NCBI GenBank assembly: GCA_965223545.1
Contig: OZ245006.1
Coordinates: 2,080,001-2,144,000, forward strand
Direction: 5' to 3'
Length of the DNA: 64,000 nt
Origin: Planctomycetota bacterium
GTDB lineage: Bacteria > Planctomycetota > UBA1135 > UBA2386
Part shown: one piece after another, positions 17,597-27,800 of the stretch
Layout of the letters: each line of letters starts with the position of its first letter
How positions within the stretch are numbered: position 1 is the first letter of the stretch
Made by a program: the position numbers and the translations under genes
The notes under the pieces: generated by a model
What the model was told of the DNA's origin: nothing
Seen by the model: the letters and a program-made list of their open reading frames with translations, nothing else
The model's database searches: none

Positions 17597-20500
17597 ATGA
17601 CCTTCGATCCCGTCGACCAAGCGGTCCCCGACTTTCCCGCGCTCGAGCGCGACGTGCTCGCGCTGTGGAAGGAACGCGACGTGTTCGCCCGCAGCCTGAC
17701 CCAAACCGCGAACGGTCCCGAGTTCGTGTTCTACGAAGGGCCGCCCACGGCCAATGGCCTGCCGCACAACGGTCACGTGCTGACGCGCGTCGTCAAGGAC
17801 CTGTATCCCCGCTACCACACGATGCGGGGCTGCCACGTGGAACGGCGCGCTGGCTGGGACACACACGGTCTGCCGGTCGAGGTCGAAGTCGAGAAGGAGC
17901 TGCGCATCTCGGGCAAGCAGGCGATCGTCGACTACGGCGTCGACCGCTTCGCGCAAGCGTGCCTGGCGTCCGTGTTCCGCTACACCAACGAATGGGAGCA
18001 CCTGACCGAGCGCATCGGCTTCTGGGTCGACCTCGACCAGGCCTATGTGACCTTCCACAAGAGCTACGTCGAATCGGTGTGGTGGGCGCTCAGCCGCCTG
18101 TTCGAGAAGGGCCTGCTCTACAAGGGTCACAAGGTGGTGTGGTGGTGGGCGCAAGGGGGCACCGCGCTGTCGGCCGGCGAGGTCGGCAACTCGTACCGCA
18201 CTGTGGACGACCCCTCGGTCTACGTGCGGCTGCCGCTGGCCGACGAGGACGCCTCGCTCGTGGTCTGGACCACGACGCCGTGGACGCTGCCGTCGAACAT
18301 GTTCGCGGCGGTCCACCCCGAGTTCGACTACGCCTACGCGCGCGACGAAGACGGCACCGTCCTGGTGCTCGCCGAGGCGCTGGTGCCGGCGCTGAGCGAC
18401 AAGCTCGGGCGCAGCTTGTCCATCGAGCGCACGGTGAAGGGGAGCGCACTGCTCGGCAAGCGCTACACCCCACCGTTCGACTGCTTCGCCGCGGGGCTCG
18501 AGCAAGCGGAGGCAGAGCGCTATTGGCGGGTCGTCGCCGGCAACCGCGCCGCCTCGGGCAAGCCGCAGTGGTTCGTCACGCTGGAATCGGGCACCGGCAT
18601 CGTGCACATGGCGCCGGCGTTCGGCGAAGACGACTTCAAGGCATGGCAAAACGAGCAGCGTGCGCACGGTGAGCTGCAGCTGTTCTGCGCGGTGCGCAGC
18701 GACGGGACGTTCGACCAGCGGTTGGCGGAGCTCGGACTCGAAGGCACCTGGGTCAAGGACGGCGACAAGCGGCTGATCACCGACCTGCGCCAACGCGGCA
18801 TCCTGCTGCACTCCGAGCGCTACCGCCACGAGTACCCGTTCTGTTGGCGTTCCGACGACGACCCGCTGATCCAGATGGCGCGCAGCGCGTGGTTCATCCG
18901 CACCACCGCGGAGATCGACGCCGTGATCGCCAACAATCAGCTGGTGACCTGGGCGCCCGAACACATCAAGGACGGCCGCTTCGGCGCGTTCCTCGCCGGC
19001 AACGTCGACTGGGCGCTGTCGCGCGAGCGGTTCTGGGGCACCCCGCTCAACGTCTGGGAGTGCGAGCAGTGCGACCACACCATCGCGCCGGCCTCGTGCG
19101 CCGAGATCGAGACGCGCAACCCTCGAGCGTTCGCCGCGTTCGCCGAAGCGCGGCAAGAGAACCCGGAGCTGTCCGAGCACCTCGTCGTGCACAAGCCGTG
19201 GATCGACGAGGTCACGCTGCCCTGCGAGCGCTGCGGCGCGACCATGCGGCGCGTGCCCGAGGTCATCGACTGCTGGTTCGACTCGGGCTGCATGCCGTTC
19301 GCGCAGCTCGGCTACCCGCACGTGCCCGGCAGCCAGGGCGCGTTCGAACGCGCGTTTCCGGCGGACTTCATCAGCGAGGCCATCGACCAGACCCGCGGCT
19401 GGTTCTACTCGCTGATGATGATCAGCAACCTGGTCTTCGACCACGCGGCGCCGCACCCGTACCGCCGCTGCATCGTGCTCGGCCACGTCCTCGACAAAGC
19501 CGGCAAGAAGGAGTCCAAGTCGTCGGGCAACTACACGCCGCCCGAAGTGATCCTCGACGCGGTGCAGATGGAGTTCGCGCCGGTGAGCCTCGACGCCAGC
19601 TACGCGCACGGCCTCGAGGCGCCGCCGGCGGGAACCGCTTGGATCGGCCGCGCCGACCTCGAAGGTCTGGATCTCAACGATGGTGCGGCGGCGACGCTCC
19701 GCGGCGCCGGCGGCGCACCTCGACGAGTGCAGCTGCGGGTCCAGAAGTCGCTGCCCCGCCGCGTCGTGATCCTCGCCGACGACGACCGCGAGGCCCTGGC
19801 GCTGCAGCACGGCCCCGCCGACGTGATGCCGGTCGAGGTGCCCAACCTGCCCGCCGACCAGCGCGTGATGGTGACCGCGGACGGCGTGCGGGCGCCGGGA
19901 GCCGACGCATTCCGCTGGTTCTTCTTCGCCTCCAACCCGCCGTGGAACAACACGCGGCACTCGCTGTCCAACGTGCGCGCGTTGCAGCGGGAGCTGCCGA
20001 TCAAGCTGCGCAACGTCTACGCGTTCTTCATCACCTACGCCAACATCGATCGCTTCGATCCCGTCGCCGACGCGAGCAGCCGACGGCCGGTGGCGCAGCG
20101 CGCCCTGCTCGACCGCTGGGTGCGCGCCGAGCTGGAGCGCACCGTCGGCGCCGTCGTCGCGGCGATGGACGACTACAAAAGCTACGAGGCGGCGCAAGAG
20201 CTGTCGGCGTTCGTCGAGGGGCTGTCCAACTGGTACGTGCGTCGTTCGCGACCGCGGTTTTGGAGCGAGGGCCGCGCCCAGGACAAGCTCGACGCCTACT
20301 GGACCCTCTACGAGTGCCTGACCACGCTGTGCACGACGCTGGCGCCGTTCCTGCCGTTCGCCACCGAGGACATGTACCAAAACCTGGTGGTGCGCCACGA
20401 CGAGGGTGCACCGGACAGCGTGCACCTGGCGCCCTTTCCCGCGCCGGACACGAACCTCATCGAGACCGACCTCGTCGAGGAGATGCGCTCCGTGCGTGCA

Positions 20501-21220
20501 CTCGTGTCGCTCGGCTTACAGGTGCGGGCGACCAACAAGCTGAAGACGCGCCAGCCGTTGCGCCGCGCGACGGTCGTGCTGTCGGACCCGAGCCTGACCG
20601 CGGCGCTGCAACCGCACAGCGACATGATGCGCGAGGAGCTCAACGTGCTCGAGCTCGAGTTTGCCGAGGACGCCGGCGCGTTCGTCCACTACATCGTCAA
20701 GCCCAACTTCCCCGCTCTCGGCAAGCGGCTCGGACCGCGCATGAAGGCGGCGCAGAAGGCGATCACAACCGCCGACCCGGCCCACCTGGTCGGCGCGCTC
20801 GACCGGCACGGCAGCGTCGAGGTCGACGTCGACGGCGAAGCGCTGGCCTTCGACCGCACCGAGCTGGTCGTTCAGGTGGAGGCGCGGGACGGCTACGCGG
20901 CCGCCAGCGACGCGGTCGGGGTCGTGGTCCTCGACACCAAGCTGGACCAGGATCTGCTCGACGAGGGTCTGTTCCGCGAGGTGTTGTCGCGCATCCAAGC
21001 CCGCCGCAAAGAGCTCCAGCTCGACTACGCCGCCCGGATCCGGCTGTCGATCGACGGCAGCGAGCGTGTCCTCGGCGTCTGTCGAGCGCGGCAGGAGGTC
21101 CTGCAGCGCGAGACGTTGAGCGTGGAGCTGCGCTTTGGGAACGCCCCGGAGGAGACCGCCGAGACCGCCGCCGACGGCGAGGCGCTGCGCCTGGCGGTCG
21201 AGGAGGTCCAGCAACCGTGA
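17597..21220 (+). CDS. ileS: isoleucine--tRNA ligase (type 2)
   Basis: FYEGPPTANGLPHNGH, GWDTHGLPVE, WTTTPWTLPSN, GTGIVHMAPAFGEDD, DWALSRERFWGTPL, WFDSG, EAIDQTRGWFY, KESKS. Confidence 0.97.
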   Translation: MTFDPVDQAVPDFPALERDVLALWKERDVFARSLTQTANGPEFVFYEGPPTANGLPHNGHVLTRVVKDLYPRYHTMRGCHVERRAGWDTHGLPVEVEVEKELRISGKQAIVDYGVDRFAQACLASVFRYTNEWEHLTERIGFWVDLDQAYVTFHKSYVESVWWALSRLFEKGLLYKGHKVVWWWAQGGTALSAGEVGNSYRTVDDPSVYVRLPLADEDASLVVWTTTPWTLPSNMFAAVHPEFDYAYARDEDGTVLVLAEALVPALSDKLGRSLSIERTVKGSALLGKRYTPPFDCFAAGLEQAEAERYWRVVAGNRAASGKPQWFVTLESGTGIVHMAPAFGEDDFKAWQNEQRAHGELQLFCAVRSDGTFDQRLAELGLEGTWVKDGDKRLITDLRQRGILLHSERYRHEYPFCWRSDDDPLIQMARSAWFIRTTAEIDAVIANNQLVTWAPEHIKDGRFGAFLAGNVDWALSRERFWGTPLNVWECEQCDHTIAPASCAEIETRNPRAFAAFAEARQENPELSEHLVVHKPWIDEVTLPCERCGATMRRVPEVIDCWFDSGCMPFAQLGYPHVPGSQGAFERAFPADFISEAIDQTRGWFYSLMMISNLVFDHAAPHPYRRCIVLGHVLDKAGKKESKSSGNYTPPEVILDAVQMEFAPVSLDASYAHGLEAPPAGTAWIGRADLEGLDLNDGAAATLRGAGGAPRRVQLRVQKSLPRRVVILADDDREALALQHGPADVMPVEVPNLPADQRVMVTADGVRAPGADAFRWFFFASNPPWNNTRHSLSNVRALQRELPIKLRNVYAFFITYANIDRFDPVADASSRRPVAQRALLDRWVRAELERTVGAVVAAMDDYKSYEAAQELSAFVEGLSNWYVRRSRPRFWSEGRAQDKLDAYWTLYECLTTLCTTLAPFLPFATEDMYQNLVVRHDEGAPDSVHLAPFPAPDTNLIETDLVEEMRSVRALVSLGLQVRATNKLKTRQPLRRATVVLSDPSLTAALQPHSDMMREELNVLELEFAEDAGAFVHYIVKPNFPALGKRLGPRMKAAQKAITTADPAHLVGALDRHGSVEVDVDGEALAFDRTELVVQVEARDGYAAASDAVGVVVLDTKLDQDLLDEGLFREVLSRIQARRKELQLDYAARIRLSIDGSERVLGVCRARQEVLQRETLSVELRFGNAPEETAETAADGEALRLAVEEVQQP

Positions 21221-21290
21221 CCCGCCCCCACCGGCCGGGGAGGAGCGCGGATTTCCCGAGTACCGGGGTCACCGCTTCGAAGGAGGCCGC

Positions 21291-21677
21291 GTGCGCCGCC
21301 TGTTGAGATTGTTGCTGCTGCCGCCGATCGCCGCGGCGTTCCTCGGCTTCGGCTCCATCCACCAGGAGCGCTGGACCTCCGAGAGCGGCGAGACCACTCA
21401 GATCGTCGAGGTCGGCGCGCCCTCCCCCTGGCTGACCTTCCAGCAAATCTCGACGCACGACGGCGAGGGGGGCTTCTTCGAAGCCATCGTCGATTCGGCG
21501 CGCGCCGCGGCTCGGGACGCCACCGCCAACTCGGAAGAAGGCGGCACGGCGGAGCTGACTTATCGCCGCAACACCCGGTGGAGCTGGGACTTCCTGTCGT
21601 GGTCGATGCTCGCCGGGGCGATCTTCCTCGGCCTGAGCCTGATGTACGCACGGCTCGGACGGCCGGCGAAGCGCTGA
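21291..21677 (+). CDS. small hypothetical membrane protein
   Basis: AAGGAGG RBS before GTG; N- and C-terminal hydrophobic helices. Confidence 0.65.
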   Translation: MRRLLRLLLLPPIAAAFLGFGSIHQERWTSESGETTQIVEVGAPSPWLTFQQISTHDGEGGFFEAIVDSARAAARDATANSEEGGTAELTYRRNTRWSWDFLSWSMLAGAIFLGLSLMYARLGRPAKR

Positions 21678-21752
21678 CCGGCGCGGCGGCGCCGCACAGT
21701 TTTCTCGGAGGTGCCCCCTCCGGTCGGCGCCTCGTCTTGCGCCGACTGAAAC

Positions 21753-22322
21753 GTGGCGCAGCAGCGAACCGAGCGCGACCGATCCCGTGATCTGAACTTG
21801 GCCGGCGCCGCCCGGCGGGGATGCCCGACGGCGTTGCGCGCGCTCAGTCGGCGCTTGGCGTGCGTGACCGACTTCCTGCGCGCCCACAATGCCCGCCTCG
21901 GCGCTCCGCTCGACGAGCACGACCTGGCCGACCTGGCCCAGGACACCACCGTGATCGTGCTGGACAAGCTGGAATCGTACGCGGGGCGCGCACCACTGGA
22001 GGGCTGGGTGTACGGCGTGTGCACGATCGAGTTCCGCAGCTACCTGCGGCGGCAGCGGCGGCGACCGCTGCTTCTCGACCCGCTCCCCATCCCGGCAGTC
22101 GACCCCGCCGCGGTCGAACGCCGCGAGCTGCGCTCGGTGCTGCGCAGAGCACTGCGCCGACTCGGCGGAGTGGAGGCCGACACGATCGAGCTCAAGCACT
22201 TCGACCACATGACGTTCGACCAGATGGCCAGACGCACCGGGACGTCGACGAACACTTTGAAGACGCGCTACTACCGCGGCCTGCACCGCCTCGGCCGCAT
22301 CCTCGCGGGGCAAGTCGGATGA
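21753..22322 (+). CDS. ECF sigma-70 factor
   Basis: DLADLAQDT...KLESYAGRAPLEGWVY (region 2); LKHFDHMTFDQMARRTGTSTNTLKTRYYRGLHRL (region 4). Confidence 0.87.
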   Translation: MAQQRTERDRSRDLNLAGAARRGCPTALRALSRRLACVTDFLRAHNARLGAPLDEHDLADLAQDTTVIVLDKLESYAGRAPLEGWVYGVCTIEFRSYLRRQRRRPLLLDPLPIPAVDPAAVERRELRSVLRRALRRLGGVEADTIELKHFDHMTFDQMARRTGTSTNTLKTRYYRGLHRLGRILAGQVG

Positions 22323-22383
22323 CGCCCGCGTGACGGATTTGTGCAACCGCGCCGAGTGCCACGACGCGTGCACTCGGCTCCCG

Positions 22384-24252
22384 ATGTTCCGCTACTCCAT
22401 AGGTCACGCCGTGCTTCGCCGATCTCTCCCCGCCGCCCTGCTCCTCACCACCACCGTACTGACCCCATCACGCGCGCAGATCGCTCCATCGCCGGTGCCC
22501 CCGGGCGTCTGGCAGCCGCGCGAGTTCGCGTTCATCACCGGCGTCACCGGCCAAGGTGGCGCCCGCCTCACCGAGACCACCGCGTCGCCATACAATCCGT
22601 GGCTCGACTGGCGCATGGTCGTGACGCTGACCGGACCGTCGGGCCAAATCTACTTGGCGCACGGCTTCTACGCGGCCGACGGCCGCGGCGGCGACAGCGG
22701 CGACATCTGGAAAGTGCGGTTCTCGCCGGATGAAGCCGGCACCTGGAACGGCTCGATCGCGTTCGAGTACGGCGCCGATCTCAACGTCGCCGATCTCGGC
22801 GTGGCGGGCACGCCGACCGGGATCCACGGTGCCACGTTCTCCTTCTCGGTCACCGCCAACCTGCCGCGCCCCGGGTTTCACGCCACCGGCCCACTGGAGT
22901 ACGTGGGCGAGCACTACCTGCGGTTCCGCAACGGCCGCTACTTCCTCAAGGGCGGCACCGACAGCCCCGAGAACTTCCTCGCCTACTCCGGCTTCGACAA
23001 CCTGCAAGACCAAGGCGGCGATCCTCCGGGAGGCCCCTTCTTGCACGATTACGGGCCGCACATCGGCGACTGGAATGCCGGCGACCCCGACTGGGCCTCG
23101 GGCGGCAACCCCAATGCCGGCCGCGGCATCATCGGCGCCCTCAACTACCTCGCCGATGAGGCCGTCAACTCGATCTACTTCCTGCCGAACAATCTCGGCG
23201 GCGACGGCGAGGATTGCTACCCGTTCGTCTCGGCGGGCGGCACCACCACCGACAACACCCATTACGACGTCGGACGGATGGAGCAGTGGAACGTCGTCTT
23301 CACCCACGCGCAGCGCAAGGGCATCCTGCTGCACTTCGTGCTGGCGGAGCAGGAGTTCGAGAACACCACGTGGTTCGGTGGCACGGCGCTCAACACCGAA
23401 CGCAAGCTGTTCTTCAAGCTTCTCGCCTCCATGTTCAGCCACCACATGGCGATCAAGTGGAACTTCTGCGAGGAGAACAGCGCCGCCGGCGGCGACGAGT
23501 TCAGCGTCGCCGAGCTACAGGCCTTCGCCGACTACCTCGGCTCGTGGACCACTTGGGCACACCCCATGGCCGTCCATATCGATCCCAACGACCTCACGCT
23601 GTATACGCAGATCGAGCAAGCCGGCGGCACTTGGCTCACCGCCACTTCGCTGCAGCTGCACCACAGCTACGGCGCCGACGTCGAAGCAGCGCGAGCGATC
23701 TTTGCACCGCGCAAGGTGATCATCGACCAGGACGAACAAGGTCCGCCGGGGACAGGCCTGACCGACACCAACCACGACAACCGCCGTCGCGACATCCTGT
23801 GGGACGTCTATCTGTCGGGCGCCAACATCGAGTGGTACTTCGGCTACCACCCGCTGCCGCTCGGCGGCGACCTGCGCACCGAGGACTTTCGCACCCGCGA
23901 CGACATGTGGCGCTTCATGCGCTACGCGCGCAAGCTGATCGAGTCGTTCGAGTTCTGGAACATGGAGCCACACGACAACCTGCTGAGTGGCGAGGACCAG
24001 AGCTTCGGCGGCGGCGAAGTGTTCGCCCGGCTGGGCGTCGACTACATCGTCTACTTCCCCAACGCCTCGGCGACCGGAACCCTGGACCTGACGCACACCT
24101 CCCCCGCCAACAGCTACCGCGGCGAGTGGTTCAACCCGCGCGACGGCAGCGCTGGCGGTGGCGTGGTGTTCTCGGGCGGCGGCTCCCATGTCCCCGGCCC
24201 ACCGCCGGCCAATCCAAACCTCGACTGGGTCTACACCGTGCGCGAGCTGTGA
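22384..24252 (+). CDS. secreted DUF5060/DUF4038 glycoside-hydrolase-like protein with C-terminal putative collagen-binding domain
   Basis: NPWLDWRMVVT, GFYAADG..WKVRFSPDEAGTW, FLKGGTDSPENFLAY, WNFCEEN, WFNPRDG; start may be 22411. Confidence 0.78.
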   Translation: MFRYSIGHAVLRRSLPAALLLTTTVLTPSRAQIAPSPVPPGVWQPREFAFITGVTGQGGARLTETTASPYNPWLDWRMVVTLTGPSGQIYLAHGFYAADGRGGDSGDIWKVRFSPDEAGTWNGSIAFEYGADLNVADLGVAGTPTGIHGATFSFSVTANLPRPGFHATGPLEYVGEHYLRFRNGRYFLKGGTDSPENFLAYSGFDNLQDQGGDPPGGPFLHDYGPHIGDWNAGDPDWASGGNPNAGRGIIGALNYLADEAVNSIYFLPNNLGGDGEDCYPFVSAGGTTTDNTHYDVGRMEQWNVVFTHAQRKGILLHFVLAEQEFENTTWFGGTALNTERKLFFKLLASMFSHHMAIKWNFCEENSAAGGDEFSVAELQAFADYLGSWTTWAHPMAVHIDPNDLTLYTQIEQAGGTWLTATSLQLHHSYGADVEAARAIFAPRKVIIDQDEQGPPGTGLTDTNHDNRRRDILWDVYLSGANIEWYFGYHPLPLGGDLRTEDFRTRDDMWRFMRYARKLIESFEFWNMEPHDNLLSGEDQSFGGGEVFARLGVDYIVYFPNASATGTLDLTHTSPANSYRGEWFNPRDGSAGGGVVFSGGGSHVPGPPPANPNLDWVYTVREL

Positions 24253-24854
24253 CCGGCGGCGAGGGCACCGTCCATTGAGCGCCCGTCGAACCAGCGCGCC
24301 AACGCCGAGGACAGCTCGTAGCTCTCGCCTCCGTCGGTGCTGACCAGCGCCGCGTGCGCACCGAGCGCTGCGCAAAAGGCGGCTCCGTCCGGCTCCGGCC
24401 ACGCGGGCTCGCCGCGGTGGTCGGCCGCACAAGCGGCCCGGTCGCTGGTGTGCCAGCCGCGGCACGCGATCGGTCGGGCCTCGTACACCGAGCAACGGTC
24501 GGCGGCATCGAGCAGGACACAGCGCTGGCGCGCGGCGGCCAGGCGCCGCCAGCCGTCGCGCTCCGCTTCCGCGCCCCGCCGGCGCAGCTGCGCGCGCCAG
24601 GCGGGCGTGGCGCGATCACCGAGTGCCTGCCCGAGCCGCTCGACCTCGGACGGCGCCACGCCGACCGGCACGTGGCAGCAATGGGCACAGCCGGCGGCAC
24701 ACGCGCGGTCCGCCCGCGCCGGCGAGGCATCACCGACGTCCTCGGCGGCGGCGGCGGCGACCGCAGCGCGGTCGCACGCCGAGCGATCGCGCAGCCCCCG
24801 CAGCGCTTCGGCCGCGCGCTCCTGCCCGCGGTAGAACCACGTCTGCGGATTCAT
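24231..24854 (-). CDS. YkgJ family cysteine-cluster protein (CxxxCxxCC)
   Basis: ACAAGCAHCCHVPV; RCVLLDAADRCSVYEARPIACR. Confidence 0.85.
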   Translation of the reverse strand: MNPQTWFYRGQERAAEALRGLRDRSACDRAAVAAAAAEDVGDASPARADRACAAGCAHCCHVPVGVAPSEVERLGQALGDRATPAWRAQLRRRGAEAERDGWRRLAAARQRCVLLDAADRCSVYEARPIACRGWHTSDRAACAADHRGEPAWPEPDGAAFCAALGAHAALVSTDGGESYELSSALARWFDGRSMDGALAAGHSSRTV

Positions 24855-24876
24855 CAAGACCGCCCGGTGGCGCGGC

Positions 24877-25461
24877 TCACTTCTGCGGGAACTCGCCGTG
24901 CGCGGCGAGCACCTGCTCGGCGCGGTGCACGACCCGCGGATCGGCGAAGATCTCCGCCATGCGGTCCTGCGGGATCTGCAGGCACTGCGCCAAGACGTCG
25001 GCGAGCTGGCCGGTGCTGACGTCGTCGAGCTCCTCGACCTTGTGCCCGGTGCGCTCGTGAATGGCGGCCAGCAGTGGGCGCTTGAGGCGCTCGTCGTCCT
25101 CGTCCGAGCACGGGGCCTCGGCCACCGACTCGATCGACACGCGGCGGTACGGCGCCTCGCTGTCGGCCTCCGCGATCCGCACGCGCTCGACTCCATACAC
25201 CAGGATGGAGAAGCGGCCGTCCGGTAGGCGCTCGTGCCGGACGATCTCGCCGAGGCCGGCCACGGGCAGCACGGCCGGCCGTGCGTCGTCCGGGCCCACC
25301 TCGGCATCGCGGAGGGTGCCGACCACCATTCGCCCGGGCCCGTCCAGCATGTCCTCGACCATCTGCCGGTAGCGCGGCTCGAAGACGTTGAGGGGCATGA
25401 CCTGACCGGGGAACAGAAACACCCCGGGCAACGGGAACAACGGCACGATCTTGGACATCAC
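24877..25461 (-). CDS. LON peptidase substrate-binding domain protein
   Basis: PLFPLPGVFLFPGQVMPLNVFEPRYRQMV; LPDGRFSILVYGVERVRI. Confidence 0.9.
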   Translation of the reverse strand: MMSKIVPLFPLPGVFLFPGQVMPLNVFEPRYRQMVEDMLDGPGRMVVGTLRDAEVGPDDARPAVLPVAGLGEIVRHERLPDGRFSILVYGVERVRIAEADSEAPYRRVSIESVAEAPCSDEDDERLKRPLLAAIHERTGHKVEELDDVSTGQLADVLAQCLQIPQDRMAEIFADPRVVHRAEQVLAAHGEFPQK

Positions 25462-25599
25462 ACTGCCCCGTGATTAGGCCGAGATCCGCCCGACTGCAAG
25501 CAGCCAGCCCGGAGGCGCCGAATCGCGGTCCGGCGCCAGCGGGTGGATGAGGCGGCAGAAACCTGGATCAGGACCTGCCGGGGTGCCGCGGCGCGCCGG

Positions 25600-26592
25600 T
25601 CACTCGACGTGCATCGCCACGGGCGCCGTCAAGGTGTAGGGGCCAAAGCCGATCATCAGCTTGCCCTCGGTGCCGGAGGCCTTCATCGAGATGGTGAGCT
25701 CATCGAAGGTCTTCTCGGACTTGGCGAACGTCATCGGCACTTCGATGCCGCCCTTGGTCTGGTGCGCGAGGAACGCGTCGGTCTTGTAGCCGCGCACCTT
25801 GGCGGGATCGAGCAGCGCCAGATGGAACACGCCCTTCTCGACCTGCTCGAGCGTCAGGTAGTAGTAGCCGGCAGGCACGTCGACATCGGCGATCTCGAGA
25901 TCGACGTTGGTGTCGATCGTGGTCCAGAAGTTCTGGCCGAGGCGCCAGCGCCGGCCGATCGCCCGGTCGGACTCGAGCTGCTCGGTGTACTTGTCGTCCC
26001 ACTTCGGCGTACCGTAGTTGACGACGATCTGGCCAGGCGACGACTGACCGCGCCAGAACAGCACGCGGAAGTCCTTGCGGTTGCCCTCGCTGGCCCAGAC
26101 CTGCATCTTGCCGGCGCCGTAGTTGTCACCGGCGGCGCTCATGGCCTCGATCGCCTTCTTGTAGCGCGGGTCGTCGCGCAGCGAGTCCATGTCGGGGTCG
26201 GTGTCGAGGTGCGACACGTTGTTGAAGCCGGCCTCGGCGGCCTTGTTGAGCCACTCGATCGCCTTGTCCTTGTTGCCCTGCAGCGCATGCACGCAGGCGA
26301 CGTTGTAGCTGGCGACCGGCCGCGTCTGGTCGAACTCGGTCGCCTTGATGTGCGCCTTCAGCGCCTTGTCGAGCTCGCCGGACGCGTGCAGCGTGTAGCC
26401 GAGCATGTGCCAGGCCTGCGCGTCCTTCGGCGCGACCTCGACCAGCTTGCCGAACGCCGAGGCGGCGTCCTCCCAACGCTGCTCCTGCGCCGCCATCTGC
26501 GCCTCTTGGCGCAGCTTCTCGGCATCGCCCTCTTGGGCGGGTAGGGCAATCGACAATCCACAGACCAACAGTGCGAGATGGGGGGTGCGCAT
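25600..26592 (-). CDS. secreted TPR + DUF2911-like domain protein
   Basis: Signal peptide; TPRs (AWHMLGY, YNVACVHAL, LDTDPDMDSLRDDPRY); IVVNYGTP..WRLGQNFWTTI..VPAGYYYL. Confidence 0.75.
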   Translation of the reverse strand: MRTPHLALLVCGLSIALPAQEGDAEKLRQEAQMAAQEQRWEDAASAFGKLVEVAPKDAQAWHMLGYTLHASGELDKALKAHIKATEFDQTRPVASYNVACVHALQGNKDKAIEWLNKAAEAGFNNVSHLDTDPDMDSLRDDPRYKKAIEAMSAAGDNYGAGKMQVWASEGNRKDFRVLFWRGQSSPGQIVVNYGTPKWDDKYTEQLESDRAIGRRWRLGQNFWTTIDTNVDLEIADVDVPAGYYYLTLEQVEKGVFHLALLDPAKVRGYKTDAFLAHQTKGGIEVPMTFAKSEKTFDELTISMKASGTEGKLMIGFGPYTLTAPVAMHVE

Positions 26593-26766
26593 TCGGTTCC
26601 TCGATCCTTTTTGGGGTTGGGGTGCGGCGGCGATCGGCTCTCTGCGCCGGCGATACCGCCGGTTCGTGAACGCTACCGTAACGGCAGAGCGGACGGCGCC
26701 GCCCGGGCGAAGTAGTACTGGCACTTTTCCCGACTCAGGGCCGGGCCCCACCTCTACCAGTCCCCT

Positions 26767-27777
26767 CTACCAGGGCAATGACAGCGGCTGCGCGGCCGCG
26801 TGGCAGGCCTCGATGAGTGCCACTGCACGGCGCGCTTCGCGGCCGTCGACGAACGGCGCTCGGCCGCGACGGACCGCGTCGACGAAGTCCGACAGCTGGC
26901 GGTCGAACAGATCGGCAACGTCCTCTTCGCGCCCGCCGGCAGCCACCGCCCGGCCACTGAGCAAGAGGTCTTGGTCACCGAGCTGCAGTTGGATCAGCGA
27001 GTTGAAGCGCGAGTCGATCTCGATTCTCCCACGCTCGCCCTCGAGGACGACCGTATTGCGCATCGCACGCGTTCGGCTGAGCTCGACGACACCCTCCGCA
27101 CCACAGCGCAGGGTCAGACGCAGCTCGCAGTCGGCCTCGACGCCGCCGGCGGCGTCGTGGAAGTACTCGAACCGCTCGTAGTCGCCCAGCCACCACAGCA
27201 GGGTGTCGAGGGCGTGCACACCGGAGTCGGCCAGCACCCCGCCACCCGCCTCGCGGCGGAAGGTGAAGTCGGAGGCGGCCGGCCAGTCGTAGACGAACCC
27301 CTCCCGCATGTCGAAGCGCAGGATGCGTCCCAACCACTGCTCGTCGATCAACCGCTTGACGAAGCGGGACGAGTCGAACCAGCGCCGCGCCTGCCCCACC
27401 GCGAGCACCCGGCGCTCGGCATCGGCGACCTCGTTCATCGCGTCGCACTCCGCGGCCGTCAGCGCCATCGGTTTTTCCACCAGCACGTGCAGGCCGGCGC
27501 GCATCAGGTCGATCGAGATCGGCGCGTGCAGGTGGTGCGGCAGCGCCAGCACGGCGGCGTCGGCCACGCCCGGGAGCTCGGCCGCATCACTGAGCGCGTG
27601 CTCGACGCCCCAGCTCGCCGCCGCCTCCGCCGCGCGGCCCCGGTCGCGGTCGACGAGGGCGGTGACGGCGACGCCGTCGTGCTTGGCCAGCGCCGGCAGG
27701 TGCGCCTGCGCGACGGCGCCGATTCCGACCACGGCGACCCGCAGCGGAGATTCTTCAGATCGCGGTGTCTGGCTCAT
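26767..27777 (-). CDS. Gfo/Idh/MocA family oxidoreductase
   Basis: VAVVGIGAVA, HVLVEKPMA, GGGVLADSGVHALD. Confidence 0.92.
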   Translation of the reverse strand: MSQTPRSEESPLRVAVVGIGAVAQAHLPALAKHDGVAVTALVDRDRGRAAEAAASWGVEHALSDAAELPGVADAAVLALPHHLHAPISIDLMRAGLHVLVEKPMALTAAECDAMNEVADAERRVLAVGQARRWFDSSRFVKRLIDEQWLGRILRFDMREGFVYDWPAASDFTFRREAGGGVLADSGVHALDTLLWWLGDYERFEYFHDAAGGVEADCELRLTLRCGAEGVVELSRTRAMRNTVVLEGERGRIEIDSRFNSLIQLQLGDQDLLLSGRAVAAGGREEDVADLFDRQLSDFVDAVRRGRAPFVDGREARRAVALIEACHAAAQPLSLPW

Positions 27778-27800
27778 GGTCGATTCCGTCCCGCGACGGC

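Noticed and set aside
17750..17780. Altered HIGH motif (GXHH-type mupirocin hyper-resistance) in IleRS
   Set aside because: Motif reads HNGH, which is canonical HXGH
17336..20425. 1029-aa minus-strand ORF (and 18844..21306 plus)
   Set aside because: Antisense or off-frame shadows of ileS
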